From Candidatus Altimarinota bacterium (GTDB taxonomy: Bacteria; Patescibacteriota; Gracilibacteria; UBA1369): DNA of 64,000 nt. The notes beneath the pieces were generated by a model. That model was not told where the DNA came from. It saw nothing but the letters and a program-made list of their open reading frames with translations, and did no database searches. Position numbers and translations under genes: made by a program. The stretch lies in assembly GCA_963677745.1 (NCBI GenBank), contig OY782391.1, positions 480,001-544,000 of the forward strand, read 5' to 3'. This document shows, in pieces, positions 59,395 to 64,000 of the stretch. Within the stretch, counting starts at the first letter, position 1, and every line of letters starts with the position of its first letter.

Positions 59395-61411
59395 TGGATG
59401 TCCTTAAAATAATTTCCTGTCCCTCAACTAGACCCTTCTTGATCTCCACGTTCCCCTGTAAATCCCTGATACCGGTTTCCACGTCTATATTCTTTACCTT
59501 TTCGCCCTGCAGAATCCTCACATATTTTCTGGTACCGTCCGTCTGTATTGCTTTTTCCGGGACAGTCACCACTCCCAGTGCTTTCTGCAGTACAATCTCA
59601 ACATTGGCTGTCATACCGGGTTTGATTCTCTCATCCACACTTTCTATAACCACTTCCGTTTTATAGAAAACCACATCCTGAATTATTGTTTCCACGGGAT
59701 CAATCTTAACTATCGTACCGTCAAACGGGAACTCTTCCCCAACCGCATCCAGGGTTATCTTGGCCTTATCACCAACCTTCAGTTTATTGATATCGACCTC
59801 GGCAATTTCCGCATTAATCTTGAATTTCTTGGAAGAGATCATCTCAAAAGCCCCTTGTATGCCGGTAGTCATGGCATTGGAAGACAAAACATCTTCACCA
59901 ACTTCAATATTTTTCCTGGACAAAGTCCCGTCCCAGGGAGCCCTCAACAAGGTTTTTTCCACAGCCTCCTCGGCCAGCGCCACCGCAATCTGATTTGCGG
60001 TTACCTGCGCACGCAGAAAAGCCACGTCCACCGCCCGCGGTCCAACCCGCCTCTGTTGCAAACCTGCCTTGGCGGCATCTATCTCCGCCAGCTGAATCTG
60101 ATATTGTGCCTGAAGGCTGAGAATCTCTGACTGGCGTGCATTCAAGTCCACCTGATGGTCAATTCTGGTTCTCTCCAGATTCTGCAATTGTTGATCGTAA
60201 TAATTTTTGGCCGAAGCCAGCTCGGATTCACGGGCATCCCCGGTCGTAATTTTCCCCAGTTTGGCATCCAGAATAACCTGATACTTATAACTCAGGCCGG
60301 CCAGGCTTGTGGACAAATTATTGCTGTCATTCAAAACTTTGGTTTTAAGTTCGGTTATTTCCGTATCAACCAGAGACGAAGAGGCGGGCAAAACCGACAA
60401 GGCGTCCACCGTCATTTTCTGCGACTGAAGAAGTTTTGCAATAATTGTTTGCTCCTGGATCGCGAATTCTTCCAACTTGGCAGGTTCATAACCGCTTTTT
60501 GACTTCAACTCGGAAAACATCGGCTCAAAAAGTTGTTTTGCCTCGACATAAAGCTGAACGGCCGGATTAACATAAGAATAGTCCAGTCTATTGACATCTG
60601 TACCAAGCAACGAATTGCCGTCATTGACGATTATACTTTTGAGAGTAACAAGGCTTTGCTGAATCTGACTACCCGTCAGATATAACTGGGCTTCCAAATC
60701 CAGACGGGCCGTTTCAATCGCCTGCACTTCGGTATTACCAGTGTTCTGCAGGTTTTTCTGGGCGAATTCATATTTGCTTTTAGCGTCATCAACCATTAAT
60801 TGTGCCGTTTTTTCATCCTGCTCATACTTCTTTTTCATCAATTCCAGTTCTTTTTTGGCATTATCCCAGTCGATAGTAATTTTGTCCGCAGAGGCATCCG
60901 CTTTCTGAACTCCTGTTTCAGCGATACGGATTTCTTCGTTGGTATATCCGGCCAGTCTTTCATTCAGATTGGCCCTGGCTCCCGCCAGGTTTGCCTCGGC
61001 CTGTGAAAGCCTCAGTTCCTGATCCCTGTTGGTCAGACTGGCAATGATGTCACCTTTTTTCAAAATAGCACCCACATCATGAAAGATCTCGCCAACCTGG
61101 CCTGAATCGCGAAACGTCAAATTAATACTGGCGCCAGGTTCCACATTGCCGGTTATTTCCACCGATTCAAAAACATCCTTTTTGGCGGCTTTCACTAATT
61201 CATATTTGACCCCCCCGCTATCTGCAAAAAAAAGCATATAGATACCGCCTAATACGGCCAGAGCCGCCAAACCGAACAACAACCGCCGGGTCCAACGCTT
61301 CTTACCGCTGGACAACCGTTCTTTGGTAAGTTTTTCACCCAATCCTACTGAAACTTCATTTTCTGTTTTTTCTTTTGCCATTTCCTCTTTTGTTTTTAAC
61401 CCAAAAAGCAT
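59384..61411 (-). CDS. Efflux adaptor (MacA/HlyD-like) with long coiled coil
   Basis: TM anchor, lipoyl halves (G...KKGD.IA / LRAPWDG), EVDI..LKVG, IKPGMTANV. Confidence 0.9.
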   Translation of the reverse strand: MLFGLKTKEEMAKEKTENEVSVGLGEKLTKERLSSGKKRWTRRLLFGLAALAVLGGIYMLFFADSGGVKYELVKAAKKDVFESVEITGNVEPGASINLTFRDSGQVGEIFHDVGAILKKGDIIASLTNRDQELRLSQAEANLAGARANLNERLAGYTNEEIRIAETGVQKADASADKITIDWDNAKKELELMKKKYEQDEKTAQLMVDDAKSKYEFAQKNLQNTGNTEVQAIETARLDLEAQLYLTGSQIQQSLVTLKSIIVNDGNSLLGTDVNRLDYSYVNPAVQLYVEAKQLFEPMFSELKSKSGYEPAKLEEFAIQEQTIIAKLLQSQKMTVDALSVLPASSSLVDTEITELKTKVLNDSNNLSTSLAGLSYKYQVILDAKLGKITTGDARESELASAKNYYDQQLQNLERTRIDHQVDLNARQSEILSLQAQYQIQLAEIDAAKAGLQQRRVGPRAVDVAFLRAQVTANQIAVALAEEAVEKTLLRAPWDGTLSRKNIEVGEDVLSSNAMTTGIQGAFEMISSKKFKINAEIAEVDINKLKVGDKAKITLDAVGEEFPFDGTIVKIDPVETIIQDVVFYKTEVVIESVDERIKPGMTANVEIVLQKALGVVTVPEKAIQTDGTRKYVRILQGEKVKNIDVETGIRDLQGNVEIKKGLVEGQEIILRTSNGR

Positions 61412-61490
61412 AAATTAATCAGCCTGTTTTAGCAACATTTTCTTGTCGCTGAAAAAGTGCTACAATATACAGATATAAACAAAAAACAAT

Positions 61491-61976
61491 ATGGAAACAA
61501 TCCCCCATCAAATGGACCAGGAATTCGGTCTGCATATCTACCAAAATACCGCCAGAATATTTGACCAATATTCGCTCATAATCGGTAAGCTCCCGCCGGG
61601 AACCCTGTCTGTCGACGATCCCAGCAGGGCCATCAGCCGTGTCTACCGGAAAGAACTGGGAAAAAACCGCAAGCAAATCGAATACAATGCCGACATGGCC
61701 TGCGTCACTTTTTTAATTAGAAATTATCGCGACAAAATCACATCCAGCGAAGAACTGAGGGACCTCGGACGCCAAGTAGCAAATCTTGCCCAAGCCGAAC
61801 TGGAAAACGGCGAGGAATTGGCAACTGCAGACCGATCTGCCGTCTTGGAGATCAGCCAGTCAACGGTTAAACAAGCCGGAGAAGCAGCCGGTCCCGTTTC
61901 TGATCCTGCGGCATCAACCGATCGAAAAATTGATGACTGGATAGTTGAACAAATCAATCGGAACCCCGACAATTGA
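61491..61976 (+). CDS. Hypothetical protein
   Basis: 161-aa ORF in the gap between minus-strand genes; TGcTACAAT upstream. Confidence 0.6.
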   Translation: METIPHQMDQEFGLHIYQNTARIFDQYSLIIGKLPPGTLSVDDPSRAISRVYRKELGKNRKQIEYNADMACVTFLIRNYRDKITSSEELRDLGRQVANLAQAELENGEELATADRSAVLEISQSTVKQAGEAAGPVSDPAASTDRKIDDWIVEQINRNPDN

Positions 61977-62005
61977 CTTCCTTCACTTCAAAGAATTTCT
62001 CTTTT

Positions 62006-63772
62006 TTATTGGGAAATGTGGACAAAAGCTTCGGCACTGATTTTGTTTTTTTCCACGCCTCCGGAGGCAACCGCCAAACTCTTGAAGGGCAGAACATAAG
62101 ACTTGATCTGTTCGTACTGTGTCAAATCTTCGGTCTTCCCGCTGATTTCATTAACCAGTTTCAACACCCTGTCCGCATAAACAAAAAACTGACTGGGAGA
62201 CAGATAACTTACGCCTTTGTCCGCCCCGCGCAGATAAGACAGGGCTTGCTTGTATTCCGGAGCCTCGGCGACGGTCGGTGATTTACCGTATACTTTTTCC
62301 AGATCGGGCTTGAAAGCGATTACCAGTATATTCTCCGGTAAAACACCATAGTAAAATTCAATTTTTTGCCCGCTGAGTTTCTTTGTTATCTCGGACGGAG
62401 CTCCTACCAGTAAAGAATCTATGTTGACCGCAATTTTCCACAATTTCCCCTGGATCACTTCCTCTTTTGACAAAAAAACATCCAGTTCAGGATTCTCCAC
62501 CATGGCCTGTACCCATATTTCATCAACCGCCTGGCTGATTTTACCCGCCACTTTAACCGCTCCCGCAGGATTGCCGCTGACATCAAAATAGACTCCCAGG
62601 GCAGGGACAGTGGAATCGGTATCTTCCAGCACAAACGCATAGCCTTTATCCAGAAAACTTAAAACGTCCTTCTCCAAATCAAGATCCTGACCGGCCAGAA
62701 ATTCTTTCATTTGTGACAGGCCGTCTTTCATTTCGGCATCGGTTTCAGACAGTTTCAAAAAATTCTCATAAACGGATTTCAGATTATAGGCCTCTGAATA
62801 GATTACCGGATATTTCGAAGGAATTTTTTCGGCCAGATAAGATTTGGAGATTTGACCGGACTTGGTCAAATCGGCATTTTCCTTCCCCAGAAGATTGGCC
62901 GATAACCTGATTCCATCCTTTTCCAGGGACATAATGATCGTTTCAGACTCTACCATATCTATCCTGCTGTCACTGACCCCCGCCGAACTCATTGCTTGAA
63001 TCACCTGCTCTCCATCGGTACCGATTTTTTTCAGGAAATCTACCAGTTTGGGGAAATCGCCGTAAACGAAAGCAACCGAAGGAAGATATTGCTTCATTGC
63101 CCTCTGATAAACCTGGTTATTGTTGAGAACAACATTATTAATACTTACATTATCCAATCCCGACTTAAACGTCTGCAAGTCGGTGAAAACAAAAGCCACA
63201 TCCTTCATCCGAACCAGCATCGACTGGGCCTTTTCGGGGTCTTTTTGGGTGAAATAGTTGTAATCGTTATATACCTCCCGGGACAAAGTCCCCTTTTCCA
63301 CCTGTTTATTTAAAAGATCGTCGAACTTGCCTTCATCGGCAAGAGTCATCGCCAGAATGGCATTAAGATTTTCCAGCGCCGGAGTTTTACCGGGAGCGGT
63401 AGCCAGGTAGATTTCTGTTTTTGGGCTCAGCATCGGCAAAAGATCTTTTTCCAGATCCAGTCCGGTATCATCAAGATTAGCCCCCTCCTCAAAGCCCGTC
63501 TTAAACTCGTTCACCAGCATCCCCAAAGGATCATTGGGAAAATAAGAGTTCAGCTGTTTTAGATTGGCCAGTTGCTGATCATCACGCGTTCCCAATTTGG
63601 CCAGAAGAAAGGTGTCGGCCGGAAACGCCGCCTCAATATTCACACCTTTTTCAGACACAAACCTTCCCGTAAGCAGAGGAGTCTGTTGACAGGCGGACAG
63701 AAATATTAGACCAAAAAACCCCAGGGCTAGAACCCCGGGAGCTAAATTATTTACTCTTGAGTTTCCAGCCAT
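62006..63772 (-). CDS. DUF3352-like lipoprotein
   Basis: Lipobox LSAC; FPADTF, LDLEKD.L repeated twice, YL.PFKSL; resembles 18871..21222. Confidence 0.7.
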   Translation of the reverse strand: MAGNSRVNNLAPGVLALGFFGLIFLSACQQTPLLTGRFVSEKGVNIEAAFPADTFLLAKLGTRDDQQLANLKQLNSYFPNDPLGMLVNEFKTGFEEGANLDDTGLDLEKDLLPMLSPKTEIYLATAPGKTPALENLNAILAMTLADEGKFDDLLNKQVEKGTLSREVYNDYNYFTQKDPEKAQSMLVRMKDVAFVFTDLQTFKSGLDNVSINNVVLNNNQVYQRAMKQYLPSVAFVYGDFPKLVDFLKKIGTDGEQVIQAMSSAGVSDSRIDMVESETIIMSLEKDGIRLSANLLGKENADLTKSGQISKSYLAEKIPSKYPVIYSEAYNLKSVYENFLKLSETDAEMKDGLSQMKEFLAGQDLDLEKDVLSFLDKGYAFVLEDTDSTVPALGVYFDVSGNPAGAVKVAGKISQAVDEIWVQAMVENPELDVFLSKEEVIQGKLWKIAVNIDSLLVGAPSEITKKLSGQKIEFYYGVLPENILVIAFKPDLEKVYGKSPTVAEAPEYKQALSYLRGADKGVSYLSPSQFFVYADRVLKLVNEISGKTEDLTQYEQIKSYVLPFKSLAVASGGVEKNKISAEAFVHISQ

Positions 63773-63796
63773 GGGGAAAACATTAAATTTTAAAAT

Positions 63797-63979
63797 TTAT
63801 TTTGAAGCCTTCTTGGTATCTTTACGCTTAAAATCAACATGTTTGCGGCAAACCTTGCAGAACATACTTAATTCCTTGGCGATCTTGTCGTTATTTTTCT
63901 TGTTGTAGGCCGTGGTTTTCTTGGGGGTATTACAGACGGTACAATACCAGGTACAGAATGTGCTTTTTCCTTTTGCCAT
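63797..63979 (-). CDS. rpmG: 50S ribosomal protein L33 (Zn-ribbon form, divergent)
   Basis: MAKG...CTVC...NKKN...FCKVCRKHVDFK. Confidence 0.85.
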   Translation of the reverse strand: MAKGKSTFCTWYCTVCNTPKKTTAYNKKNNDKIAKELSMFCKVCRKHVDFKRKDTKKASK

Positions 63980-64000
63980 ATTATAAAAATTGCTAATATT

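Noticed and set aside
56169-61411. Duplicated MacB permeases as a novel system
   Set aside because: Adaptor + ATPase + two permeases is a common arrangement.
1-64000. Genetic code 25 (UGA=Gly)
   Set aside because: Conserved genes are full length without internal TGA, and several (rplO, rsmA) end at TGA at the expected length.
1-64000. Apparent abundance of CCGG tetramers
   Set aside because: Impression only; cannot be quantified without computation and is probably a genome-wide signature.

Overview
Chromosomal segment of a reduced-genome bacterium, most likely Patescibacteria/CPR and Peregrinibacteria-like. This is an inference from four signs: no rpmD/L30 gene upstream of rplO, SLH-domain surface proteins, mostly SD-less starts, and TGA used as stop (so not the code-25 Gracilibacteria/Absconditabacteria). 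The window opens with the spc/alpha ribosomal cluster (rplO-secY-adk-map-infA-rpmJ-rpsM-rpsK-rpsD-rpoA-rplQ-rplM-rpsI). It continues with trmD, a Ca2+-type P-ATPase, DUF167, rsmA, hrpA, a eukaryote-type hexokinase, SLH/DUF3352 proteins, exonuclease-DinG, lemA-DUF2207, uvrB, an ABC exporter, tRNA-Arg(GCG), a pentose-phosphate cluster, ndk, pyrD, an M16 peptidase, an FtsI-like PBP, a MacAB-type cassette and rpmG. No CRISPR array, integrase or transposase was seen. Most unusual: (1) a GC-rich, myxobacterial-style 1303-aa Cys-rich repeat lipoprotein gene in its own transcription unit, with a five-hairpin leader, a coupled uORF behind a perfect SD and a highly structured 3' UTR; a second small orphan unit (49.0-49.7 kb) has a similar layout; (2) an intact split transketolase pair that has lost most catalytic histidines in both subunits; (3) tRNA-Arg with a GCG anticodon; (4) map apparently lacking a canonical start codon; (5) a shared C-terminal KV[KR]R motif on two exported proteins. 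All family calls come from motif recognition by eye; no searches were run.
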